Source: Geosiphon pyriformis uo1
Taxonomy: Eukaryota > Fungi > Glomeromycota
Assembly: GCA_016748015.1 (NCBI GenBank)
Contig: JAAOMT010000530.1
Span: forward strand, 1 to 35,263
Reading direction: 5' to 3'
DNA: 35,263 nt
Each line of letters begins with the position of its first letter. Within the stretch, counting starts at the first letter, position 1. Shown here in pieces: positions 23,982 through 35,263 of the stretch. The notes under the pieces were generated by a model. That model saw only the letters and a program-made list of their open reading frames with translations, was not told the DNA's origin and ran no database searches. A program made the translations under genes and the position numbers.

Positions 23982-26949
23982 TAGAAATAGTAATAATAGA
24001 AAAAATTTTCTCTTTTTAACCCAAGGCATTTATATAGTTTTTTTTATATTTTAACTAAATTATTAGTTTGATGATATTGTCATTCTTGGTATATCATTAG
24101 TTTTTAACTGTAACTTGGCAGTATATATATCTTGGTCATTGAAATTAGAACCAAAAAGTTATTAATGATGGTTTCAAAATTTTAATTAACTTAGTCCTCA
24201 TTGTTAGATGATCTTAAGTTGTTTTGCTCTCAATTTGCTAGTCAGAAAGATTTTAATGCCCATTTTCCAAAACCATTACATGGTTTATTTTAGAGGGGGT
24301 CATGTAATACTTTAACTGACAGCTGATTGTTCAGACGAGCCATTTTATTTTGTCCGTCTGAAAGTTAGCCCTGAAATTATCACAAGAATTATAAAAATTA
24401 TTATATCAATTCAATGTGTAGTACAATTTGATTTCGTTTTTTTGCTCGTGGCTTAATTGATCACATCTATGGTGTGTTTATTTGATTGATTGTGTATTTT
24501 TTCCAATTGGCAGTAATCTAATTGCTAATTTTTGAAAAATAATACCAAATCAATCTATAACGCTTAAAAATTTTCACAATGGCTAAATGTTTAAATGTCG
24601 CTTTGATTTTTATATTTTTCAGCTATATATTAGAATAATATAATTTGCGAATTTTGATTGTAGAGGATTCTGTATTTATGGTTATTTAAATACAAAGTTT
24701 GGAAGTTTTAGTTCTGCTTTTATTATTTTTTAACTGTGAATAATATTATAACAATTTTTTTCAAAAACTTTTTCAGCTTGAAAACAATTAAAAATTTTAT
24801 AAATCTAAAATATGTAAAGAGCCATAAAATTTAAATAAAACACAAATGTATTTAATTTGTTTAGTTTAATGTAACTTTTATTACATAAAATTATATATAT
24901 AATAAATATGAAACTTAAAAACAAAAATATGTTAAATATTTCCAATAAATCTTTAATGTTAATTGCAATAATTTTTATTTTATTTTAAAATACCAATAGA
25001 CTTTTTTTCTCTTCTAATTTCATAATAATGACCAATACAAAGAGTAAAAAAGGAGCAACTATTACTTTTTCTATAATATCTCAAAATATAACAGGCTAAA
25101 AAGTTTTTTAGTTGCAAATAAAATGTCATAAAAACACCTTTCTTAATATTTTAATGCAAAACAGCTTTTAGCTATTTTAAAAACACTTTTCTTTGAAATC
25201 TTTCAAAATACTACTACAGTTTAAAACCTGTTTCTTTTTTCTTAAAAATTAAAATTTGATTTTTTTGCTTAATATTAATTCTTTTATTAATTCTGTTTTA
25301 TTATCATCAACAGTAACAATTAATCTAAATTTAGCTGTAAACAATAACGTAATATTAATTTAAATAACAACACAATAACAAATTTATCAAAATAAATTCA
25401 AATTAAAAAATGGTTATATTGTCAAATATAGTTTTTTTTAACAGATTATTGCTGATTGTAAAAGCAAAACAAATTATATTTTAAAATATAATTTTATTTA
25501 ATTACATTATAGTATTATCTAATTTAAAGAATAAAACTAATAAAAAAAAATTAAATAACTTCTTTTTTTCTGAACAAATTAATAACTTTGGTGGTACTTA
25601 AAAATTATTAATAACTAATAATTATTTTCTAAGTGGATAGCCTCTACTTTAATGTTTATTACTTCTTTAACATTCAAATTGGTTAATGTAAACCTGTCTT
25701 TTAGTTACTGTTTGGTGCCAAATTGGTTATCAAAAACAATATTGCATAAAATTGTTTTTTTAATGCATTTATTAAATATTAATTTATTAAATTTTTAACT
25801 ACTTTAAAAATTGCAAATCTATTGTAATATTTTTTTAAGAATATCAAAAAATTATCAAAATTATTCAAATTTAAATTCAAAAATTAAAAAGTGTTTTTTA
25901 ATATTGGATTTAATTTTATTTTTCTTATTTATATTAATTTTTAAGTTGCTATTTTTAAATAAAAGCTTTTAATTAAAATTTTACAAAATTTATAAAATGT
26001 TAATAAAGTTCTAATGCTATTAGTTTTGCTTAAATTTTATTTGAAATTTTATTTTTTAGTAATAGTACATATAATGCATTTTATTTTTTACAATATTATT
26101 TCCAGCTTAAAAAATAGTAAAAACAATTAATAATATAATATTATTACAGTCGAACTTTTACTTTTTAGTTTTTATTTTACTTAGCCATAATTAATTACAT
26201 GTATTAACTATTAATATTATTAATTAGCCATTTTATTTTTAGAATAAATTATTAATGTAATTATTGACTTGATTAATAACTTGATCATTAATCTTTTTTT
26301 AAGAATATATAAATAAAACTTTTAAAAGTTATAAAAAAAGCATTTACACTAGAATTGACATTAAAATTAATACAATATCAACTTTTTCTTTTTTTAATTT
26401 GTACAATTATTAGTTTTTGTAAAGTATATTGAATAAACATTTACTGAAAAGTACAATTGATATCTGATATTAAATTTTAGAAGAGTCAACATAAGATATA
26501 GAATTATACTAATGTGTTATTTTTGTTGACAGAATAAACTATCCTTTTATCTTCAAAATTTTTTGTTATTTTTGAAAATAATAATGATTAAAATATTTAT
26601 GAGATTGATCTCACACATTAAATTTTTATTAATTCAATTCGCTTATTTAAGTTGAATAACTTTTTTAATTAATTTTTTCATCATACAATACTGTTTTTTT
26701 TCTATCCATTAATTTGTTAATATAATTATAACATAAAAGTAGTGTTTTTTATAAGGTTGTTAAAACTTTTAATTTCTCTATTATTGTATAAATAATTACT
26801 TTTTTTTAGCATAAAAAACCCAAAATTATTCTATAACTTATAACCAAAACAATTTAGTATATATTAAACTTCATTTTTTTTATTTTGCTTTATTTGTTTT
26901 CCAATTAGAAAACAGTCTAGCCAAGAATTTCAAAATTTTTGAAATTAGT

Positions 26950-27745
26950 TTTTAATAAAACATATAGCTAAAACTTATTCTGTATATAGTATTTACTCCT
27001 TTAATCAAACATATATCAAAGAAAAATTTGAAGCAAGAAATTATTACATTAACTAATTAATATTTTCAGTTATTTTTAATCAACTCTTTTTAAAATTTGA
27101 TAATTTAAATCAGCAAATTTATAATTAAATAACTATTTATAAACAACTTAAAACACTTTTAAAAACTAAAAATAAAGAAAACTATTAAACAGTCTTTATT
27201 TTTGAACTTTTTTTAAGTGGTTTAGATTCATTATTATGTACACTAACATTTATTATGGCCCAAGATAAAGCAGACATATTACTAGTTTTTTAAGGCATTT
27301 AAACTGTTTTAAATTACTGAAATATAAAGTTTTTTGCTATTATTTTAAGAAAATTCTTAAGATTTTATAAAATAACTCAAAAACTTTAAAAGAACTACTA
27401 TAATAAATCAATATAATAATGATTACAAATTTCAAATAGTTGGAAAATACTTTTAAGAATTACTTATTGTATAGTTTATACAAAAAACTACTAGAAAAGC
27501 TGTTTAACAAATTATTTTATAGTTACTTAAAAATATTGGTCAAAATACTATTTTATTACTATTAGATTCGAAGAAAAATTTTGCACTGCAATAAAAAATG
27601 GAAGTAAAAAGAAAGTGCAAGACTTAAAAAAATAATTACAAACTAATAAAAAAAATAGATTCTAAAAAGAATTAAACAAAAGAACAAAAAATCAATTCTT
27701 TTATCAAAGGCTTAATAACAGATTTATATTATGCTTTATGATAAT
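26950..27745 (+). mobile_element. Heavily mutated Ty3/gypsy-like gag relic
   Basis: From 27412: YNNDYKFQIVGKYF*ELLIV*FIQ...FTIRFEEKFCT, then NSFIKGLITDLYYAL. This resembles retrotransposon gag (YLxGxAxxWF, F...F...F, FIxGL). Boundaries approximate. Confidence 0.55.
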
Positions 27746-27920
27746 ATTAAAAATTTTTCTATCCTTTTTTTGAGTGTTGTTAATGCCGTTTTGTTGTTAA
27801 TTCTGCTGTTGATAAAAGTCACTAAAGCTTTGATAAGTTAATTCTTCTTCCAAAGTATAGAAAAATACTTTGGACTGTATATGCTGTTGGGTTTATAATA
27901 AAATAGTCAATTTTGTGCCA

Positions 27921-28130
27921 ATTATTTGTATAGTTATTTTGTGGCAAAAGTTAACTCTTTTACAAAAATATTTTGTCTTTAAGCTCTTCAAAATATGTGT
28001 AGTTACTTTGCATTAAAAGTCAATTTTTTTACAAAAAAATCTTATCTGCAAGTTTTCAAAAATATGTGTAGTTACTTTGCTGTAAAAGTCAACTCTTTTA
28101 CAGAAAATCTCGACTGTAAGCTACCCAATA
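27921..28130. repeat. Three-copy 69-bp tandem repeat
   Basis: Core tgt(g/a)tagtta(c/t)tttg..aaaagt(c/t)aa..ttttaca starts at 27927, 27996 and 28065. Confidence 0.88.
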
Positions 28131-30789
28131 ATATAAAAAATATAAAAAAAAAAAGAAAATAAACTAAAAAAAAGAAATAAGAAAATATGTTTTTATAGGA
28201 ATCATTTTGGATCCAGATCTGGAAGTTGCTAACAGTTACTAAAATTGGTAGCTAATCAATTTCAAAATATTAGTATAGAATAGTTAATTTTACAATAAGA
28301 ACAATTAAAAATTTTTATGTTTTCATAGCAAGTTTTATTGAACTTGATTTGTATGAAAAATACAAACAAAAATATTAATTCTAGTTAAAATATATTTTCT
28401 TAAATAGAAAAGTTTTTTTTTATATAGCTTATTGTAGTACTATTTTATAATCTAACACTTTTTCTTTTTTTAATATTTTGGTAAATTTAAGATACATTTC
28501 ATTGAATTACAAATTATTTCAACAAACTATGAGTTATTTTAGCAAATTATTGAATATTTTGTTAAATTACTAAATATTTTGGCGAATTTTGAATGTTATA
28601 TAATTTAGTATATTGAATAATTTAATCATTGCAATTTGGTTATATTTGTGTTCTGTACAAATTAGGTTATTAATTGAATAATAATTTGGGCAATTTAATA
28701 AGATAATAGTGATAAATTGAAATAAGATATATGCTAATTAATAATAGAAAGTATAAAAATAATTTCATGGTAAATAATATCTCAAATTTTGACTAGTAAT
28801 ATAACCTCTTTCTTAAGACTAAGCTCCATTAAAATCCAAATACTATCTGTAATTTCTAAATAGTAATCCAAAATTATTGAAGAAATTAAGCCTAAAAATT
28901 GTTGAAATTTTAGTTTTGTGAGCTTTCTAATGTATTGAATTTTCAAATGTTGTGAAATTGGGTTTTATAGAACATTTTCACAAGTGTAAAATAGGTCATA
29001 GAATCTAAAAGCTGCTTTAAGTTTGTAACAGATGTTTGTTAATTTAGCTGTTATCTTAAATTTATTGTAAAGTTGTTTCTAAATAGTTTTAGTTATAAGA
29101 TTTATTGTTTTAAGTTCCAGGTTTTTTTCATAAAGTGCTTTTTTAATATAGAAATATCTATAAATTGAAAGGTATTTATTGCTTTGTTTGTTAAAATGCT
29201 GTTGAAATTTTTGTTAAATTGTGGCATTTGATAGAATGTTAATAAATGTAAATATTAAATTCGTTCTTAAAACTTGCTTTAAAAGTTTTGATAAATGAAT
29301 TTTAGATTAATTTTTTGTGTTTCTTTTATAAGGATAATAATTTCGTAAACTGGTTGTTAAAAAAGTAGCTGATTCTGTTTGAGTATAATTAATATGTTTT
29401 TTAATAATAGTAATAGATAATTTGAATATTGTTTTTAAAGCTAACATTAATTTTTGAAATAATTATTGAATATTATAAAAAATAGTCATTATAGTTAATA
29501 AAAAGTAAAAAAATTGAAATTATTTTTGGTATGTAGAGTTTTTATGTTATTTTTTTTTTCCATGTGGTTTTTGTTTTGTTTTTGTCAATTTGTTTTTAAA
29601 CTATAAGGAATAACTATAGAGAAAATTAATTTTTAAATGTTAAGTTTAAAAGTTGTTCAATAATAACTATTAGTTCTAAATTTCAGAGAATATCTTCAGA
29701 ATTAATCAAAGAGAATTGTGTACTAATTTGTGGAATTAAAGTTTTGGAATTAGTTTTGAAATAGTAGTGTTTTAGTTTGTTATTATGTGCAATTTTTTTT
29801 AAAATCTTATTATTAAGTCTTAACTTGTATGATCTATTTTCTAGAATTTTAGATATGTAAAATAGTTTATTTTATTTATGATCAAATTTTTTATTTCATT
29901 GTTTTTCAGTCTTAATTCTATGTAAAAAAACTTTATTTTTAACTTTAAATTTGTTAATAACTAATGACAGTTTGTTATTATGCCATTTTTTTTGTTGGGC
30001 TTGAAAGTGTTTTATATAAGTTGTTGCAATTTGTTTTTTTTTAGCGTGCTAAAAAGTGTATAGACTCTTTTTTGTAGTATTTTTTAAAAGTTGTTCTCTG
30101 TAATCTGCTAAGCTAAATAGGATTCATAAAATTAATTGGTAATATTACTGTTTTTCTGTAAGTCAGATCAAATAGTATGTGTTTTATTGTATCTTGTTTC
30201 AGTGTTTTATATGTTAGTAATACTGATACAATAAAGAGATCTTATTCTTGCTCAAAATTTGTTGAGACTTTGGCTAATAATTTATAAAGTGTTTTATTGA
30301 AATGTTTTATAAATCTATTTGTTTGTAGATGGTAAAGCAAAGATAAAAGTTTTTTGATGTTAAATTGTTCACAAATTTCTTGTATTAGGTTGTTTATAAA
30401 GTGTGTTTCTTGATTGAATAAAAGTTTAATTAAGCATTTATATCTACAAATAATGTTTTTGTAAATAAAATTTGCAACTAATTTTGTGTTTGTTCATTAA
30501 ATGGCTTTTGCTTTTGGCTATTTAGTAAGATAATCTACTGCAACTGCAATATATTAGTTTTTTTGAGTTAAATTTTTTTGGTTCAAATTTAAACTTTAAT
30601 TTCTGTTTTGTAGTTCTGGATAAGAAACAATCAAAAAAAGCTTCTTTAGCATTCATCAAAAAAAAATTTTTTTTGGAATTGGGGAGATCATCTGAGCCAA
30701 AAATTCAGGTAACATCAATAAAAATAATTACCACAAAAATCTTTTCGACTTATGACAAAGAATTTGGACAAAAAAGACTAACATTGACA

Positions 30790-32040
30790 ATTAAACAATT
30801 AACTCAAAAAAAACCCAATTTTTAAATTGAAGCCAATCCCTCAGAGCTGATGAAAGATTTATTGCAAATGATTGTTGATCAAAAAGATAATAGATAAGGA
30901 TATTTGAGATAGATTTCAATTTTAGTATTACAGTCTAGTTGTGACTTTTCATTTTCATATTCAGTGGTTGACAATATGCCAAATTATTTATGGATTTACT
31001 ATCCAAAGAAGAATATCCAGAATATTATGATGTGATCGAAGAGCCAAGATCCTTAAACATAATTGAGGTTGGTACTATGCACTTCTTTCGTATCAATTGC
31101 TTAATATTTGACATATGTTTTTTACATCACATCAATGAAAAATTTGAAAAGAATATCATCCATTTATGAATTTGATCAAGACTTACAATTGATTTCGAAA
31201 ATGCCATGTATTTTAATGATAATTCACGCATTTTCAAAGATGCCAAATTCTTACAAGTAAGAAGTTTATTAAGCTTTTACAAAAAAATTTGGGTTTTATC
31301 TACTTGAACTAATACGTTTTATACATTTTTTGTATCAAAACAAACTCGTTAGAAAATGTACAACACTAACAAAAAAGAGCTATTCAAGGTTATAGACTTC
31401 AAGACAACTTCAGTTCTCTCAATCAAGATAAAGCCAAAAATCTTTCAATTCCAATCTGATTCCCCTAAATTAGCACCAACTGATGTAAGTTTCTTGATTA
31501 ATATGATAAGCTATTATATATCACATTCTAATAAGTTGTTGAAATATTCAACAATTGAAATTCCTTTTACAGCTTAGGAAACCAATTCTAAAACTAGATT
31601 ATGATTCAGTCAAATACACAATAGGTATTTTAGTCGTTATATTTTTCTTTGGTATAATTCATCATTCAAATATTAAATTTAACCAGAAACCTTTATTACA
31701 GGGGATTTCGTATATTTCTTAGATCTAAGCAATTCTTTGAAATGCAACATTATAGTCATTGAAAGGTTATTTGTGAATTCAAAGTAAGTATCTACATTAT
31801 AATAATACAAGGTTACAAATAGAGTGCAAATGATATTTCCAAATTCTCCAACAATTGCTCATAGTACTTTTACGATTCTTTTGATGCCTGGTGTGAACAA
31901 TATTGATATCTGAGTTTCTGTCCCAATAATGACAACCAAATATGGTGGTGGTGTGAATAGAAAATTCTGGTTAATGGTGCTGTGTTACCAGCAAAAAACA
32001 CACAGGCCGAGAAATATTATATCTTTATAAAAAAGTGACC
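30790..32040 (+). pseudogene. Bromodomain + BAH domain (RSC1/RSC2/polybromo-like) intron-containing pseudogene
   Basis: ELMKDLLQMIVDQKDN; G*QYAKLFMDLLSKEEYPEYYDVIEEPRSLNIIE (ZA loop, TGA at 30969); FDQDLQLI/ENAMYFNDNSRIFKDAKFLQ (frameshift ~31195). Then BAH start VKYTIG|DFVYFLD..IIVIERLF (31610-31783). Splice sites are partly intact; one donor appears mutated to AT. Confidence 0.8.
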
Positions 32041-34480
32041 ATCTAAAGATTAGATTAATATTAATTAAAAGCTTTTCTGAAAATAATAATACTTTGATGA
32101 TTTATCACGTAAATATGACTTTAATGATTGCTAATTGGCTAAAATCTGATTGATTGGCATCCAAAAATTAAAGATTAATAATAAAAGTGGCTAATTTTAA
32201 ACTTTAATAACTTTATAAATTATAATATAATTCAAAAAATTAAACTGTAAATGTTAAAGAGAAGAACTTAATCTATTATATTTATGGTTTAGTTTTTAAT
32301 ATTATTAAAATTGGAAGACTAGATACAATTTAAAATTATATAAATTGTTTGATGACTATAAATGGTTTGTACCATAATGAAATGGTAAATCTAAAGACAA
32401 AATAACCTGACTAATTTCTATTTAGCATCTTTAACTATAGCCAAATGAATAGTACTATATAATGCTAAAATGTTATCTTGATCCTCAATTATATCTGTCT
32501 TCTCTTTTAATATTTTCACCTATTCTTAAAGATATTTACCCAACTTAATTCCGAAATAAGATAAATCATTTTCTTTATTTTCTGTTTCTGCAGATTGTGG
32601 ATTATTATCTGTTTTTTTGGAGTTTTATTTACTGCTGTACTTATGATTTTGTCTACCATCTTATTTAATGACTTAGTATTATTACTATTAAAAACCACTT
32701 AAATTGAAGTGGTTTGAAAAAAGATTAAAAAAGAAATATCTGGCTCATAACAATGTTTGTAAGTTATATTAGCTCATAATTTACTTATATTGAATGCTTT
32801 TGATATTTAAAATATAAAAATGGTTATTAAAAGTATAAATAAACAATTATTAAAACAATTATTTACTGCCAAATAATTGTGCCAATTTGTTTAAATAAAA
32901 TCATACAACTCTATAATTTTTCAATTAAAGCAGCATTAATACAAACGCCAAAAATTTTACATGTAACAAACTTTAACTTATTAATTGAATTATTAGCATA
33001 ATATTAATAAGCCAAAACATTATTTTTAGATTGATAATAAGTTATATTATAAAAAATATTTTTCAAACCATACACTTTGGTTCTTTGTTTATATATACAT
33101 AATAATAATAACTCAACTATTTTCTAAAAGTAGAATAATTAATACTAGAAACCATAGATCAAAATTGATTTATTTTATATTTAATATAAAAAATTATAAA
33201 AAGCAATAAAATGGTTGTTTTTATTTACTTTAGCATTATTCAAGTCTTGCAATTAATTGTATTGTAAGAATATTGTTACAATATAATATTCAAAGTTGTA
33301 TAAAATAAGTTATACTTAAAACAATTTCAAATAAACAAGCTTTGTTTTATTAAAGTATATTAAGTAACTTGTAATATAAAGTAAAAGCCTTAATTAAATG
33401 TTTAATTTGATTCCAAAATAGATTAGATTTGATAATTTTATACATTTTAAATTGTTTGTTATATAATTGACTAATAAAAAATTGGTTATTGATATTTTGA
33501 AAATATGTAGCAACTTTGATTTTTTGGTCAATAATTCTTTTTAATAGTATTAATTTTTTAAAAATCTATCCAATACAAAAATTCAATTAATAAACAAAAC
33601 ATAGAAGAAAAACAATAGATTTTTTTGAAATTTTCAATTGATGTTTATATTGTATACTTATTTTGCAACTGTATAAGCACCAATATTATTTGTAACAATA
33701 AAAGCAACTTTAATATTTATTGTTTTTAATTCCGTAATCATATTTTTAGTTTTATTTATAATTTTTTAATGTCTTTTATATTTAGAACTGATAATAAAGA
33801 CTTTCTAAACACAGAGCTTTTTTTCAGATAATTCTCAATAAATGTTTAAGTTATATTTATTAGATCTTTTTTTAAAGCAACTTCTAGAGATTTATTAGTA
33901 TTATTAACAACTTTATTCAAAATTTGCTCACTTAATTTTCTATAATTATGAAGTATAAGAAGAGAATTCAAAAATTTTAAATTTTGTTTTGCTTTAGAAT
34001 TATTGATTCAAGACAAAAACCATCCATAAGAAACTGTAATTTGAAGTAAAAATTTGTTAAATTGTTTTTGATCTTCATTTTTCAATGGCTGGACAATATA
34101 ATTATTTTTTAAACTATAAGATTCTGAACGGACTATTACTTTTTAGGATGAGATGGAAGAATATAATGCACTTGAGATAGGTCTTTAATTATTCACTATT
34201 TTAATAAAATATTATAAATATTCAAATTAGTTACAATAATAAACACTTAACATACAAGGTCTTTTATTTGTAGATAATGAAGCTATTACTAGCTCATCTA
34301 TTTATGCTCATTCTTTAGGTGTAGTTTGATTGAGAAAATAATTACATTTTTTAAAATGTTGTGTAATACAATCTTTTTTGTTAGGAAAAAAAAATTTCCT
34401 TAAATTGCTTTGATTGATTGTAATATTGGTTCTTACTATATATGGCATGATTAGGGTTTTAGTAGTTCAGATCAAGGAAG

Positions 34481-34560
34481 GGGACATAAATAAAAAATGG
34501 TGGGACAATGTCCGTGTACAATGTTACACTGGGACATTGTCCGGGGCGTCCGTGTCCCTG
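34481..34560. mobile_element. Possible solitary DNA-transposon end (hAT-like CAGGGACAC terminus with GGGACA/TGTCC subterminal repeats)
   Basis: GC-rich island gggaca..gggacaatgtcc..gggacattgtcc..gtgtccctg; no partner end found in the window. Confidence 0.35.
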
Positions 34561-34660
34561 CAATATAGGTCACAGTACATCACTGTGGGTAAGCACATCA
34601 AATAGCATAAATACTGATCGTAGGGAAAAAGACTTCACACAGACTTCACATATTTTACCG

Positions 34661-35263
34661 ATGTCACCTCAACAATACTTTCACGCTTTATCCAATGATT
34701 TTGGGAATTTATTTAACAGTCAGGAGTTCTCTGATATTAGAATTATAGTTGGCGAAACGCCCAATATTAGAACTTTTCATGCTCATTCCCAAATTTTAGC
34801 AGCAAGATCACCATATTTTGCTGTCGCACTCTCTAGCAATTGGATTAAAAGGGAAAAAAATACCATAATCTTCCCTAAACCCAATATTTCACCAAAGATT
34901 TTTGAAATAATTCTCAGGCAAGGGTTATCATTTGCTTTGAATATTTTGACCAACATGAAATTCACTTTTTATTTTTCTGCAGATACATTTATAATGGCGA
35001 GATTTCTCTTGATAAACATGGAGTACCTACCATTTTAGAAGTTCTTGTTACCGCTGATGAGCTTATTCTAGAAAACATTATTGATCATCTTGAAGACTAT
35101 TTGATTGAAAACCGTGCAAAAGAACTAGAAGAAAATTTCGCCACTTTGCAGAAAACTTCATTTATGTATGATTCTTTCAAAAAGGTACAAAAATTCTGCA
35201 CCGAAATAGCTGCTGAAAATCCAGCTATAGTCTTCAACTCGCAAGATTTTACCTCCCTTAGTG
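34661..35263 (+). CDS. BTB/POZ-BACK(-TLDc) protein, copy 3, partial (exon 1 34661-34917, GC-AG intron 34918-34982, exon 2 from 34983 to the window end)
   Basis: Near-identical to copies 1 and 2; frame is open if the 65-bp intron with donor AG|GCAAGG is spliced. Confidence 0.88.

Noticed and set aside
27921-28130. CRISPR-like array
   Set aside because: Whole units are homologous with no unique spacers; eukaryotic context; no cas genes.
28900-30600. Possible minus-strand retroelement pol relic
   Set aside because: Strand-biased composition only; no identifiable RT motif.
34508-34660. N-terminal extension MSVYNVTLGHCPGRPCPC of copy 3
   Set aside because: Derived from non-homologous repeat-like sequence; the shared start is ATG 34661.

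Overview
Very AT-rich, CpG-poor eukaryotic DNA with short spliceosomal introns. Gene content and TE types point to a fungus, most likely Glomeromycotina (inference). The window holds three near-identical BTB/POZ-BACK-TLDc paralogues: complete on the minus strand at 5551-7048, assembly-damaged on the plus strand at 16202-17609, and truncated by the window end from 34661. Copies 1 and 2 form the ~2.2 kb arms of an inverted duplication. Their spacer contains an 11-12-exon gene for an uncharacterised single-pass membrane protein (missed by the ORF track) and two decayed Tc1/mariner transposases. Also present: a well-preserved 606-bp non-autonomous Tc1 element with TIRs, LINE endonuclease and Ty3/gypsy gag relics, a bromodomain+BAH (RSC1/2/polybromo-like) pseudogene and tandem repeats. 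Two assembly artefacts affect copy 2: a 19-bp Nextera/Tn5 mosaic-end adapter in place of the TLDc domain, and a 373-bp overlap duplicated across a 20-N gap. I cannot establish a new multi-gene system from sequence alone. The best candidates are the orphan membrane gene bracketed by inverted BTB-TLDc genes, and the way the paralogues are diverging (homogenised gene bodies, a GT-to-GC splice-donor switch, a replaced upstream region).
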